Assembly: GCA_009993955.1 (NCBI GenBank)
Contig: JAACSL010000009.1
Span: 46,369 to 110,368 of the forward strand
Length of the DNA: 64,000 bases
Origin: Paraglaciecola sp.
GTDB taxonomy: Bacteria > Pseudomonadota > Gammaproteobacteria > Enterobacterales > Alteromonadaceae
Reading direction: 5' to 3'
Below are positions 28,570 through 38,593 of this stretch, in pieces. The first letter of the stretch is position 1, and each line of letters starts with the position of its first letter. Below the pieces are notes generated by a model that saw only the letters and a program-made list of their open reading frames with translations, did no database searches and had not been told where the DNA came from. A program made the position numbers and the translations under genes.

Positions 28570-28923
28570 ATGACCTGGTTGATCAGTAAATATCTCCTCA
28601 CCGCCGCCATTATCGTAGCTGTGTCTGAGGTAGCCAAAAAAAGCGACAAACTTGGCGCATTGATAGTTGCGCTGCCCTTAGTCACCATTTTGGCTATGGT
28701 GTGGTTGTATATTGAGCAACAACCCTTAGCGAAGATCGCCAACCACGCGTGGTATACCTTTTGGTATGTGGTGCCCACCCTGCCGATGTTTTTAGTTTTT
28801 CCGCTGTTGTTACATAAATTTGGCTTTTGGTTAGCCTTGGCTTTGAGCGCAGTTTTCACTGTCGTTTGTTTTGTGCTTTTTGCCTTGTTGCTTAAAAATT
28901 TTGGGATTGACCTCCTTCCTTAG
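28570..28923 (+). CDS. DUF3147 family membrane protein
   Basis: 117 aa, 4 TM. LISKYLLTAAIIVAVSEVAKKSDKLGALIVALPLVT. Confidence 0.6.
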   Translation: MTWLISKYLLTAAIIVAVSEVAKKSDKLGALIVALPLVTILAMVWLYIEQQPLAKIANHAWYTFWYVVPTLPMFLVFPLLLHKFGFWLALALSAVFTVVCFVLFALLLKNFGIDLLP

Positions 28924-29099
28924 TAACCTCTGGCATATAAGTTCAAAATTATCGTTGTGGTGCAACAAACAAAGATCTTATGATGCAGGCGGGCTTAGGT
29001 TTTACCTAGCATTTTAACCAGCCATAAATTGGCCGCAGCGCTAAGCAATACTGAGTAGTTAGCTGTGTAAAGCCACCCTACTATGCGAGGCGTTTGAGC

Positions 29100-29954
29100 A
29101 TGATGTACAAGACCTTTTCGCGTAAGCATCGCGTCATGTTTGGTTGCCTGCGTTACCTACTGCTGACTGCGTATTTAAGTTTAAACACTGTGGTGGCGCA
29201 GGAGATTCTTTTTGTCGGCGAAGCCGTACCACCACTGATTATCGTAGACGAAGTAAATCACAAAAGTGGTGCCCTCGTGGAACTCGCACAAGCCCTCATC
29301 GACAGTACTAAGGTAAAAGCCAATATCGCCATCATACCCTGGGCCAGAGCAGTTGAAATGGCGCGTAACGATGAAAATGTTGTGCTGTTATCTGTCTTAA
29401 AAACCGAAGCACGAGAGCCGCAGTTTCAATGGATTGGCAAAGTGCATGAAGCACGAGCCCATTTGATTGCCTTAAAAAACCGCCCCGATGTAGTCATCAG
29501 CAATCTCGACGACGCTTATTCGCTGCGACTTGGCTCAGTGCGCGGTTATGGTTCAGCCAACTACCTAGTCAACAAAGGTTTTAAAGAAGGCACAAACTTA
29601 GTATTAGCCAGTAATTCGGAACAAATGTGGGGACTACTGTTTAACAAACGGGTTGATATGGTGTTGTCGAATTTCGAAACCAGCCCATTTGAAATACAAA
29701 ATGCTGGTTTCGACCCCTTGCAAGTAAAAGACTTATTGGAGATTCCAGCCTTAACCCACGAATTGCAGTTTGCCACCGGACACAAGACCTCGGCAGAAAT
29801 CGTTGCAGTGCTCACCCAAGGTTTAGTAAACCTGAAAAAAATGGCATGTACCGCAACATTAAAACCCGCTGGGGACTCGCGGCAGACTAAGCTCAGGCTA
29901 GGAAAAGTGAGTCACAATACTACCAAGCGGCACACCGCGTTTTACGGTAAGTAA
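29100..29954 (+). CDS. Family-3 type periplasmic solute-binding protein; the C-terminus is probably frameshifted at an A7 tract
   Basis: Signal peptide, then the PPLIIVDE...WARA... pattern. The native-looking C-terminus GMYRNIKTRWGLAAD* is in another frame after 29841 (see finding). Confidence 0.6.
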   Translation: MMYKTFSRKHRVMFGCLRYLLLTAYLSLNTVVAQEILFVGEAVPPLIIVDEVNHKSGALVELAQALIDSTKVKANIAIIPWARAVEMARNDENVVLLSVLKTEAREPQFQWIGKVHEARAHLIALKNRPDVVISNLDDAYSLRLGSVRGYGSANYLVNKGFKEGTNLVLASNSEQMWGLLFNKRVDMVLSNFETSPFEIQNAGFDPLQVKDLLEIPALTHELQFATGHKTSAEIVAVLTQGLVNLKKMACTATLKPAGDSRQTKLRLGKVSHNTTKRHTAFYGK

Positions 29955-30096
29955 GCTATGTTATTAAGCACTGAAACCATGACAAAAAATCTAATGGATT
30001 AGCGCAAAAATTCTTCATTGCTCAATGCCGCCCCTGCCACTACAATCCGCGACACATCCTATCGATCCACTGTAAAAAACAAGCAAGCGAGCACAG

Positions 30097-31323
30097 GTGA
30101 ATAAATTTGAGTTTATCCAGATCCGACGGTTCATCGTTAAACTGGGCAAAATGTTACACAAATACGGCACACCTGCTTTTCGTTTAGAGGCCTACCTCAA
30201 TGAAGTGGCCGATTATCTTGGGGTGCATGCCTCGTTTATTGCTACCCCCACATCTATTACCTTTGTGATTTGGAGCGACAAACACGAAGACGAATATTAC
30301 CACGCAGCCCGTTTGCAGCCTGGTGAAATGGACATGAATGCCCTGTCTCTCACCGACGAGCTAGCGAACTTATTATTAAGTGGTGAAATCAACATTATTG
30401 ATGCTGACAAACGCCTAGATGAGATCAACCTTTTGCCCAGCCCTTACGGTAAAGTAATTACGGGCATAGCCTTTATTATGTCAACCAGTGCCTTTGCCAT
30501 GTTGATGGGCGCCAGTTGGCCCGAAGTATTGTGGTCAGGTTGCCTCGGCTTATTGGCTTATTTTTGGACATTGTGGGCAGGTATTTCAAAACGCGTAAAC
30601 CTGATGTTGGAACCGGCCACGTCGTTTGCAGCAGGTTTGCTGGCTTGTGCCATCAGCCGTTACCTTGATCCCGGCATCAATATTCCTTTGATCGTCTTAT
30701 CGTCGGTGATCATCCTAGTGCCCGGTTTGTCTCTCACCATGGGTTTGGCCGAGCTGTCATCACGCAATTTAGTTTCGGGCACCGCACGGGTCATGGATGC
30801 CATTATGCAATTATTTAAATTGTATTTTGGGGCATTTTTAGGCATCAGTATCGGCTTTAGTTTATTTGGTGAAAACGAATTTAAACTGGCGTCATCAATG
30901 CCCTATTGGACCACGTGGCTCGCCGTATTTTTATTGTGTTTTGGCCTAGTGGCTATCTTTCGCACCCGCTTAAAACATATTCCGTGGGCAGTGTTGTCCG
31001 CGTTTATCGCCTACTCTGCCACGACGTGGAGTTCATCTTTTATGGACTTTGGTTTAGGCACCTTTGTTGGCGCGTTTGCCTTGGGCGTTTACGCCAACCT
31101 CTTCACTCGTATTGCCAACGCCCCAGCGAGTATCGTCGCCATGCACGGACTCATTGTCTTAGTGCCCGGCTCCAAAACCTACATTGGCCTCAATGCTTTT
31201 GTATCGGGGCAAGACTTTGTGCAAGCAGAGCATGTCGGTCAAGAAGTGTTTTTGATCTTTATGTCGCTAGTGGCAGGGCTAATTTTTGCGAATGTGGTGA
31301 TGCCCACCAAAAAAGCCCTGTAA
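30097..31323 (+). CDS. Threonine/serine exporter (ThrE) family protein
   Basis: 408 aa. GKMLHKYGTPAFRLEAYL, then ~10 TM (DUF1212 plus DUF3815 architecture). Confidence 0.8.
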   Translation: MNKFEFIQIRRFIVKLGKMLHKYGTPAFRLEAYLNEVADYLGVHASFIATPTSITFVIWSDKHEDEYYHAARLQPGEMDMNALSLTDELANLLLSGEINIIDADKRLDEINLLPSPYGKVITGIAFIMSTSAFAMLMGASWPEVLWSGCLGLLAYFWTLWAGISKRVNLMLEPATSFAAGLLACAISRYLDPGINIPLIVLSSVIILVPGLSLTMGLAELSSRNLVSGTARVMDAIMQLFKLYFGAFLGISIGFSLFGENEFKLASSMPYWTTWLAVFLLCFGLVAIFRTRLKHIPWAVLSAFIAYSATTWSSSFMDFGLGTFVGAFALGVYANLFTRIANAPASIVAMHGLIVLVPGSKTYIGLNAFVSGQDFVQAEHVGQEVFLIFMSLVAGLIFANVVMPTKKAL

Positions 31324-31631
31324 AGCGATGGCACTGCAGTCTAGTCGGCGAGTTTCAAGCTTAGCCCAACATCTCGATTGGCGTAATCACCAGTTGCTAG
31401 TAAAGGGCTTTGGCCTTCATGGTAAGTTATCGGCTTTCAACAGAAACAAGTGGGCAGGCGCTTCGGCATGCGCTGGCTTAAATCAAAGCGTCACAACCAG
31501 CGCCACAACCAGCGCCACAGCACCACCCAAATACGTATCCACTAGGGATGATATTGTCTATTCAGAGGGCGGGCGTATAAACTAGCGTGTGAGTGCGCTG
31601 TGGTGATGACAGCTTGTTTATAATTTAGCGG

Positions 31632-31889
31632 ATGAGTGGATTAGATATGCCAATAAAAAAATGGATTATTCAGTATGCCATAGCGCTACCCATTGTTTTT
31701 GTGGTTCTGGCTGGGGTGCAATACCTGAAAGGCAGAAGTCTTGAATACGCCATTGAATTCGGTATTTTGTGGGCAGTGGTGGCGATCACGGTATTTGCGC
31801 TTCGCCGTTTGTATAATTATCGCAAAAATATCCACTGTGCTGTTTGCAATGATATAACCAATAACCAGCAAAATTCTGATCGTCGCTAA
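31632..31889 (+). CDS. Small two-TM membrane protein, hypothetical
   Basis: 85 aa with two clear hydrophobic helices and a basic linker. The start is ambiguous (31632 or 31647). Confidence 0.45.
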   Translation: MSGLDMPIKKWIIQYAIALPIVFVVLAGVQYLKGRSLEYAIEFGILWAVVAITVFALRRLYNYRKNIHCAVCNDITNNQQNSDRR

Positions 31890-31989
31890 ACTTGGCTATT
31901 GCCTCACATATGCCGTGACTCAACACATCGTCACATGCTGGCTTTTTGGTTTGTTAGTTTACTGACCAACCACGCCGTGATTGCGCCCC

Positions 31990-32682
31990 TCACCTGCGGC
32001 CAACTGAGGTTGCGAGGCTTTTAAACACACGATAACTAATGGCCAACAGCAAACAAATACCGGCTGGGAAAAACAGTGCATAAAACGCAAAACGCTGAAA
32101 AAACCATGCGCCGACTGTACCACCCAAAATAAAGCCGACGATAATCAACATAAATAACCCTGCTTTGCGAGAATCGAATTTGTCACCGCGTAAGGCTGCC
32201 CCTAACATCAAATCTAAATCAGTAAAAATGCCGGTCACATGCGTGGTACGGATGACCGCCCCGCTGTAGGTGGTGACCATTGCGTTTTGTAATCCACAGG
32301 CAGCAGAAGCCAAGAAATGCCCTGCTCCATGCCCTTGGGTTAACAATGCACTGGCGCCCAGCAATAAAAAAACCTCAATCAAGAGCAGGGTGTCATAGTC
32401 ACGACCAAAACGCAGTGTATTGCCGGTGATCAACCAACCTGATAACGCAGCCCCCACCAAAAAGCTGACTAATATGCCGATTAAATGCAGCACACTAAAC
32501 GACGCAGCGATTAACTGCGTGCCCACTAATGTTGCTGTGCCAGATAAATGTGACACTGATTGATGTTCAAATCCCAGCAAACCAATGGCGTTTACCGTGC
32601 CAGCAATCAATGCTAAAACAAAGGCTCCAACTTCTATCCAGCGCGGCAATTTACTAAACACGGTTATTCTCTTAATCAACAA
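31990..32682 (-). CDS. YoaK family (DUF1275) membrane protein
   Basis: ALIAGTVNAIGLLGFEHQSVSHLSGTAT is typical of DUF1275. Confidence 0.8.
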   Translation of the reverse strand: MLIKRITVFSKLPRWIEVGAFVLALIAGTVNAIGLLGFEHQSVSHLSGTATLVGTQLIAASFSVLHLIGILVSFLVGAALSGWLITGNTLRFGRDYDTLLLIEVFLLLGASALLTQGHGAGHFLASAACGLQNAMVTTYSGAVIRTTHVTGIFTDLDLMLGAALRGDKFDSRKAGLFMLIIVGFILGGTVGAWFFQRFAFYALFFPAGICLLLAISYRVFKSLATSVGRR

Positions 32683-32804
32683 AATCAGCGGTCAGTGTAA
32701 ATAATAAACTGCTGAAATGCAGGTGGTGCTGCTCTTTTTTCTAGCGTCCACCAACGCTATCCCGCCTTTGCAAACTATTCATTCATTGCAAGGCAGGACA
32801 TACG

Positions 32805-33650
32805 TCACCACGTATAACCAATGCCCACTGCAAACAAAGCATTGCGGTTATCATCTAACAGTGGGCTCAGCGCAATGTTGTCATCCAGGCGTTCTGCACT
32901 AATCCGACTAATTAAGGTCCAGTGTTGGTCAATAAATACCAACATAGACAGCCCCACTTGATAATTCACTGCGTCTTTTGTCACCGCATAAGCATTGCGC
33001 CCCACTAGCACATTTTGTTGTGCAGCACTGACACCATACACACTGTTTACATAGCTCATTTCAAGCCATGTTGCCGAGACACTAAAATCAATATTAACGG
33101 TGTCTCTATAGCGTAAAACAGGCAAGCTCAGGTCAAATGTCGCCGTCAACCCTTTAGATTGGTCTGACATGTCTTGGGCAAGATCTAGCGACATAAAATA
33201 CCCCGATATACCCAGATTAAATGTGGTTTCGCCACGTGGGGCTTCATACCCGTCGAATACTGCATGTTCTTCTAGGGTGGTGAGAAAAGGAAGGTTTTGG
33301 TCGTAGCTATCGTCTCGATAACCCACGGCTACGTATACACTGACTTCGTCGTGCCAGCTTACGCCATAACCAAAACCTTGTTCTGCGGATAAAAACCAGT
33401 TCCCATAGCGAAGATCAATGTAGGGCACAGCCAGTACTTGGGTGTCGTAGCCACGCCAGGCTTTACTGTCAGCCATCAGGATCCCTCCCAGACTCAGTTG
33501 CCATGCAGACTCTGTGGTAGCTGGCTTGGCATCGCTTTGTGCTTGGGCACTGTGATTCATGCTCAATAAACCTGCGCATACACAGCCACAATATAGGACG
33601 TGTCGAAAAATAATAGGTTGAATAAAGGTGGGGTTTAACATGGGAGTCAT
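32805..33650 (-). CDS. MipA/OmpV family outer-membrane protein
   Basis: Signal peptide, a beta-barrel-like alternating pattern and a terminal aromatic (GIGYTW). It is divergent from a two-component system, a common context. Confidence 0.75.
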   Translation of the reverse strand: MTPMLNPTFIQPIIFRHVLYCGCVCAGLLSMNHSAQAQSDAKPATTESAWQLSLGGILMADSKAWRGYDTQVLAVPYIDLRYGNWFLSAEQGFGYGVSWHDEVSVYVAVGYRDDSYDQNLPFLTTLEEHAVFDGYEAPRGETTFNLGISGYFMSLDLAQDMSDQSKGLTATFDLSLPVLRYRDTVNIDFSVSATWLEMSYVNSVYGVSAAQQNVLVGRNAYAVTKDAVNYQVGLSMLVFIDQHWTLISRISAERLDDNIALSPLLDDNRNALFAVGIGYTW

Positions 33651-33825
33651 CTCGGTAGTGATATTGTTGGCAAGCTTAGCCTGTCAAATTTCTTCAGGCA
33701 GGGTGCAAATGTCACGATGTACAAGGCCTTGAAGAAAGTTTGCTGTGCCTTTGACAATCGTGACATTTGGCTATTCCAGTAAGCCTTGCAGTGTGCAAAG
33801 ATGAGCCACGTTTCTGGCTTTTGTT

Positions 33826-34992
33826 TTGCCGATATTTATGACCTTGCATAAACACCTCATTGAAATAAGTCTGTATGTCTTTGCGTGGCTCGTGGTGATT
33901 GGGGTGAGCATTGTTTTGTGGCACAACGGCGAATACCCGAACTTACCGCCGTTGTCTGTTGCCACCTTGTTACCTGCACTGGCTTGGTATGGGCTTTTTT
34001 TGGTTGCCCTGCTGTCTTGCCGGCGCACTTTACTCAAACGTAAGGTCACGCAAAGGCAACGTCATCATCAGCTTTTTTGTTTAATCATCTGTTTGTTTAG
34101 TTTTACTGTCCTAGTCGACTACTTTTTCTTTATGACGGTAGGCATATTATTGGTATTAACACTTGCCCAATTTGCCCCCGTTCTGCGCCCATCCTACGCC
34201 TGGAGTTTGGCTATTATTGGTCCAGCGGTGTTTGCAACCGCGGAATATTTTATTACCTGCAGTTTTAGCCTAGAAACTAAATTACTGTATATGGTCTTCA
34301 ATTGTTTAGTGCTGTTGTTCAGCTATAGCATGTTGTCTGAACGCCAAGAGGTAGAAAAATCTAATCAACTGATTCGAGAGTTGCAAGCGACTCAAACCCT
34401 ACTCAGTGCTGCCAGCCGCCGCGAAGAACGTTTACGCATTTCTCGCGATTTACATGATGCCCTTGGTCATAAACTCACTGCCCTTAAACTGCAGTTAGAA
34501 ATTGCCACTAACATTGAAAACGGCCAACACAGCACAAACATTCAGCAAGCTAAAGCGATCAGCGATTTGTTGCTTTCTGACGTGCGTCAGGCGGTATCAG
34601 ATTTTCGCCATGACTCAGCCATCGAACTCGGTGAAGCATTACAATCGCTGACGCATCATTTGCCGGGTTTGATGGTAGACCTACAAGTAGATCTCGATGA
34701 GACTCAGCTCAGTGCCAGACAAGCTGAGGTATTGTTTCGCTGCGCACAGGAATCCATCACCAATATTATGCGCCACTCCAATGCCGACCATTGCACACTT
34801 AAATTACAGCAATGCGGTGACGACATCGTGCATACGGTGACAGACAACGGTAAGCAAGTTAATCCAATTAATGCCGGCAATGGCCTGACTGGCATGGCTG
34901 AACGAGTGAGCAAGTTAGATGGCAAATTACATTACGCCATGAGCCAACTTGGCTTTTCCCTCAACGTCGTTATCCCTGCAGACTTGGCATAG
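33826..34992 (+). CDS. Sensor histidine kinase (HisKA_3/NarX-LiaS type)
   Basis: Multi-TM N-terminus, the H-box RISRDLHDALGHKLTAL, and the HATPase motif DNGKQ...GNGLTGMAERV. The start is uncertain (TTG 33826 or ATG 33838). Confidence 0.85.
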   Translation: MPIFMTLHKHLIEISLYVFAWLVVIGVSIVLWHNGEYPNLPPLSVATLLPALAWYGLFLVALLSCRRTLLKRKVTQRQRHHQLFCLIICLFSFTVLVDYFFFMTVGILLVLTLAQFAPVLRPSYAWSLAIIGPAVFATAEYFITCSFSLETKLLYMVFNCLVLLFSYSMLSERQEVEKSNQLIRELQATQTLLSAASRREERLRISRDLHDALGHKLTALKLQLEIATNIENGQHSTNIQQAKAISDLLLSDVRQAVSDFRHDSAIELGEALQSLTHHLPGLMVDLQVDLDETQLSARQAEVLFRCAQESITNIMRHSNADHCTLKLQQCGDDIVHTVTDNGKQVNPINAGNGLTGMAERVSKLDGKLHYAMSQLGFSLNVVIPADLA

Positions 34993-35001
34993 GAAACGCA
35001 C

Positions 35002-35697
35002 ATGCAAATTGCAAGCTCAGCGCTGTTAACCCCGATCAAAATTTTATTGGTAGATGATCAAAACCTGGTGCGCATGGGCATTTGTGGCTTGTTGGAGTTA
35101 CGCCCCCATCTGCATGTGATTGCGCAATTAAGTGATGGCACGGCGGTGTTAGATACCATTAAAAGCCATCAGCCAGATATTTTATTGCTGGATATTCGGA
35201 TGCCTAAAATGGATGGTATTCAAGTTTTGCATGCCTTACAAAAAGCCAATATTGTGATCCCAACGTTGATGTTGACCACCTTTGATGAGCACGAGTTGGT
35301 GTTGTCATGTATGAAGGCTGGCGCTAAAGGTTATCTGCGCAAGGATGTGAGCCTACCCATGTTAATCGCTGCAGTGGAAGCCGTGGCAGCAGGTGAACTT
35401 TGGGTGCAACCGGCTGTAACGTATCCGATGAACACCTATCGCGAAGCAGTGCAGCAAAACAACCCAAATAAATCTTTTGATAAAAGCACGCTCCAGCAGC
35501 TTTATGAACCCCTTACCAAGGGTGAGTTGCAAGTGCTGCACCTTATCGCAGCCGGTTACTCCGGTAACGAAATTGCCGACGCCTTGCACAAATCCGTGGG
35601 TCGCATCCGCAACATAACCTCTGCCATTCTCGCTAAACTACAAGTAAGAGATCGCACTAGGGCTGCCCTAAAAGCCATTGAGTTGGGGTTGATTTAA
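35002..35697 (+). CDS. NarL/LuxR-family response regulator
   Basis: REC domain (LLVDDQ, LLDIRMPKMDG, K in GAKGYL) plus a LuxR HTH (LTKGELQVLHLIAAGYSGNEIADAL). Confidence 0.9.
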   Translation: MQIASSALLTPIKILLVDDQNLVRMGICGLLELRPHLHVIAQLSDGTAVLDTIKSHQPDILLLDIRMPKMDGIQVLHALQKANIVIPTLMLTTFDEHELVLSCMKAGAKGYLRKDVSLPMLIAAVEAVAAGELWVQPAVTYPMNTYREAVQQNNPNKSFDKSTLQQLYEPLTKGELQVLHLIAAGYSGNEIADALHKSVGRIRNITSAILAKLQVRDRTRAALKAIELGLI

Positions 35698-35813
35698 ACA
35701 CACACTTGTCTGTTTTTGCCTTGTGCCAAGCTCCTTGTGCCAAGCTCCTTATGCATCATCTTGCTTAATTCATGGGCATAAGGCCTAGGTAAGTTCAGGG
35801 CCAAGTGTGCTGA

Positions 35814-36539
35814 TTAGGCCAAATGCCTACCACCATCTAAATGCACAGTGCGGCCAGTGATGTACTCACTGTCGAGTAAATAGGCCACCGCTTTGGCCGC
35901 CTCTTGTGCACCGGGACAAATTTGCAATAAAGACTTCTTTAAGGTTTTTTGCCGATATGCCTCAGTGTCATCGTCATTGAACATCAACAAGCTTGGGGCA
36001 AGGCTATTCACCTTCACTTTCGGCGCCAACATGGCAGAAAAAGACAGGGTCAAATTATGCAGAGCTGCTTTACTTGCCGCATAGGCAATATGTTTACGAC
36101 TACCTTTATCCTGCAAATAATCGGTCATATGGATAATGTCACTGACCTCAGGGCTGGCGAGCAACAAGGGCTGCAAGGCTAGATTGATTTGATAGGGCGC
36201 ACTGGCATGAATTTGCATCATCTGCGCAAATAAAACAGCTGGATCACTCTCCTCACTTTCAGCCAACCATTCGGACGCATTGTGGATAAGCGCGCGCACA
36301 CTACTAAAACGCTGGCTAATTTCATGGCAAAATGCCGTTACACTACTTGCGCTAGAAAAGTCAGCCTGCATGCTATCAATGCCCTGTGCATGCAAGTCAC
36401 TGAGGGAGTCGCGGTGAGTACGATAGGTAACTAATACCTTGTATCCATTACGATTCAGATGCTGAGCTATCGCCAAACCCAAACGTTGTGCGCCACCGGT
36501 GATGATCACTGGATTGCTGTTTTTATCTAAGATTGCCAA
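35814..36539 (-). CDS. folM: Dihydromonapterin reductase / short-chain pteridine reductase (FolM-like SDR)
   Basis: ITGGAQRLGLAIA cofactor motif and YAASKAAL catalytic YxxxK. The divergent pairing with folE is typical of folM. Confidence 0.65.
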   Translation of the reverse strand: MAILDKNSNPVIITGGAQRLGLAIAQHLNRNGYKVLVTYRTHRDSLSDLHAQGIDSMQADFSSASSVTAFCHEISQRFSSVRALIHNASEWLAESEESDPAVLFAQMMQIHASAPYQINLALQPLLLASPEVSDIIHMTDYLQDKGSRKHIAYAASKAALHNLTLSFSAMLAPKVKVNSLAPSLLMFNDDDTEAYRQKTLKKSLLQICPGAQEAAKAVAYLLDSEYITGRTVHLDGGRHLA

Positions 36540-36735
36540 ATCTATTCTCTCTTTTTTGCATAAAGTAATCCGAATTGCCCTTGCTTACGTTTCTGATGTC
36601 ACTATGATCACACTATGTCATAAAAACGACACATCTGTTTAATGAGCTTGGTGGGTTGTTAAATGTAAACGTTGAATGCTAGGTACAGACCAACATAAAT
36701 TTGACCTTATCAGTCCGCTTTCAAAGGAAGTATGC

Positions 36736-37413
36736 ATGTTAAAAACCAAAGTGGTGTCAGTACACAACACCTTGTCAGACCAAGCACTTGCCGTGCGTGA
36801 GGCCCTAATTAAACATGGCCTTGAAACACCGATGGTGGAAAATGGTTTGAGTGATGCAGAAAAACGCGCCCGTATCCAAGCGTCAATGTTACACATTATG
36901 CAAACCCTCGGTTTAGATCTCAATGACGATAGCTTGAGTGATACCCCCACGCGTATCGCAAAAATGTATGTTGACGAGATCTTTGCTGGTTTAGATTACC
37001 GCCATTTTCCCAAAGTCACCGCCATCGACAATAAAATGCAAACCGAAGAAATGGTTAAAGTCAGTGATATCAGTTTAACCAGTACCTGCGAACACCATTT
37101 TGTGACCATTGATGGCGTGGCAACCGTTGCTTACATCCCTAAAGAGCGGGTCTTGGGCTTATCGAAAATTAATCGCATCGTTGATTTTTTTGCCCAACGC
37201 CCGCAGGTGCAAGAGCGCCTAACCCAGCAAGTGTTAGTGGCACTGCAAACCATAGTGGGCACAGAGGACGTGGCCGTAACCATCAACGCCACGCACTACT
37301 GTGTAAAAGCTCGGGGCATCCGCGACCATAGCTCTAACACCAAAACCAGTGCCCTAGGCGGCCGGTTCAAGCAAGAACCTGCCCTGCGTGCCGAGTTTTT
37401 TGCCAAAGATTAA
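36736..37413 (+). CDS. folE: GTP cyclohydrolase I (type 1)
   Basis: Long identical stretches to E. coli FolE: [74 protein letters not shown]. The ATG at 36736 follows AAGGAAG. Confidence 0.95.
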   Translation: MLKTKVVSVHNTLSDQALAVREALIKHGLETPMVENGLSDAEKRARIQASMLHIMQTLGLDLNDDSLSDTPTRIAKMYVDEIFAGLDYRHFPKVTAIDNKMQTEEMVKVSDISLTSTCEHHFVTIDGVATVAYIPKERVLGLSKINRIVDFFAQRPQVQERLTQQVLVALQTIVGTEDVAVTINATHYCVKARGIRDHSSNTKTSALGGRFKQEPALRAEFFAKD

Positions 37414-37576
37414 GTGCCTCCCTGCCGTGGATAAACTGCCTTTGGTAGTTTATCCACCTTCTGCCTCAAGCCTCTTTTGTTTTTTAGCCCTTTTGCGCTA
37501 AGCTCGATCGCCATTAATACATGGGGCTGGCACGCCCTGCCTGTAAAAATACGCCAGACAAAATAAGGAAAACCAC

Positions 37577-37963
37577 ATGAAACGTGTAACAGGAATAGGT
37601 GGGATATTTTTTAAAGCGCAAGACCCCAAAGCCCTAGGACAATGGTACAAAAAACACTTAGGCATAGCGGTTGATGACTGGGGTGGCACGTCTTTTAGTT
37701 GGGTGAATGAAGCAAACCCCAAGGGCATAGGCAGCACGGTGTGGTGTCCATTTAAAGCAGATAGCGATTATTTTGCCCCCAGCACCGCGAGTTTCATGAT
37801 CAATTATCGGGTAGATGATCTACATGTGGTGTTGGCCTTACTGCGAGAAGAAGGCTGCAATGTGGTCGACAAAGTTGAAGAGTCTGACTTTGGCAAATTC
37901 GGCTGGGTCATTGATCCTGAAGGCAATAAAGTAGAACTCTGGCAGGCGCCGGCTGGCGCTTGA
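37577..37963 (+). CDS. VOC (glyoxalase/bleomycin resistance) family protein
   Basis: 128 aa. GIGGIFFKAQDPKAL..WY...LG and DPEGNKVELWQ. Confidence 0.8.
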   Translation: MKRVTGIGGIFFKAQDPKALGQWYKKHLGIAVDDWGGTSFSWVNEANPKGIGSTVWCPFKADSDYFAPSTASFMINYRVDDLHVVLALLREEGCNVVDKVEESDFGKFGWVIDPEGNKVELWQAPAGA

Positions 37964-37974
37964 TAACCCTGCTA

Positions 37975-38084
37975 TTTATTGCACTTTTTATTGCACTTTA
38001 TTACGTTTTATTGCCCGTGAGTGACGATGTGCAAAAGTGACGATGTACAAGAGTGACAAATTACAAGAGTGGCGATGTACAAGC
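37975..38084. repeat. Two adjacent degenerate tandem repeat arrays between convergent genes
   Basis: TTTATTGCAC-like unit x4 (period 10-12) at 37975-38016. Then the 16-bp unit GTGACGATGTACAAGA x4 at 38021-38084. Confidence 0.75.
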
Positions 38085-38110
38085 AGTCTGATTTTGCTCA
38101 GACGGATGTT

Positions 38111-38593
38111 TTACTCCACTGCGTTTTTTTGGATTGTCTGATGAATCGCTTTGACCTGCATTAATGCCGCTGAGCCATAGTATTTACTGAGCTCAAAGGT
38201 AAATATTCCAGCCTGAACAGCGGGATCAGCCATAACCCATTGGCGGGCTTCTTCCATTGACTCAGTGTTGAGAATAAACAATCCGCGTTTTGGCTTGGCG
38301 TCCACAAATGGACCGGCTAAAACCAGATGGCCCTCATCCGCTAACTTACCCATATTGGCAAAATGCCCGGCAAATAAACGTGTTCGTTCTGCTTGGTCAG
38401 TAATGCGGGCATCGGCTTCACCTGTGAGCAAGGTGACAAAAATATAACTTTTCATCCCGTAGTCATCGGCACCCAATTGTTTCGCCAGTTCGGCATTGTA
38501 GCCATAGGGCGGTTCAGCCGCGTAAGCTTGATTGATTAAGGCACTACAAGCTAACACTAAGCCATGCAGTAACACACGATAACTTTTTTTCAT
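38111..38593 (-). CDS. YciI-like domain protein with signal peptide
   Basis: MKKSYRVLLHGLVLACSALINQAYA signal, then the YciI-like region LAGPF...GLFILN...A..W...DP. Confidence 0.65.
   Translation of the reverse strand: MKKSYRVLLHGLVLACSALINQAYAAEPPYGYNAELAKQLGADDYGMKSYIFVTLLTGEADARITDQAERTRLFAGHFANMGKLADEGHLVLAGPFVDAKPKRGLFILNTESMEEARQWVMADPAVQAGIFTFELSKYYGSAALMQVKAIHQTIQKNAVE

Noticed and set aside
30906-31364. A 152-aa alternative-frame ORF inside the thrE-family gene.
   Set aside because: It overlaps a well-supported membrane protein gene in another frame, and its Arg/Cys-rich translation is typical of an off-frame artefact.
31328-31585. An 85-aa + strand ORF after thrE. On the opposite strand there is a Cys/Gly-rich peptide-like frame (GWCCGAGCGAGCDALI) over the CACAACCAGCGC tandem duplication.
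   Set aside because: The + strand ORF is low-complexity with no RBS. The minus-strand frame has a TGA immediately upstream and no start codon, so neither is supportable as a gene.
35719-35750. A 14-bp tandem duplication (CCTTGTGCCAAGCT x2.3) downstream of the response regulator gene.
   Set aside because: It is real but very short and has no hairpin or coding consequence. It is probably a trivial slippage duplication.
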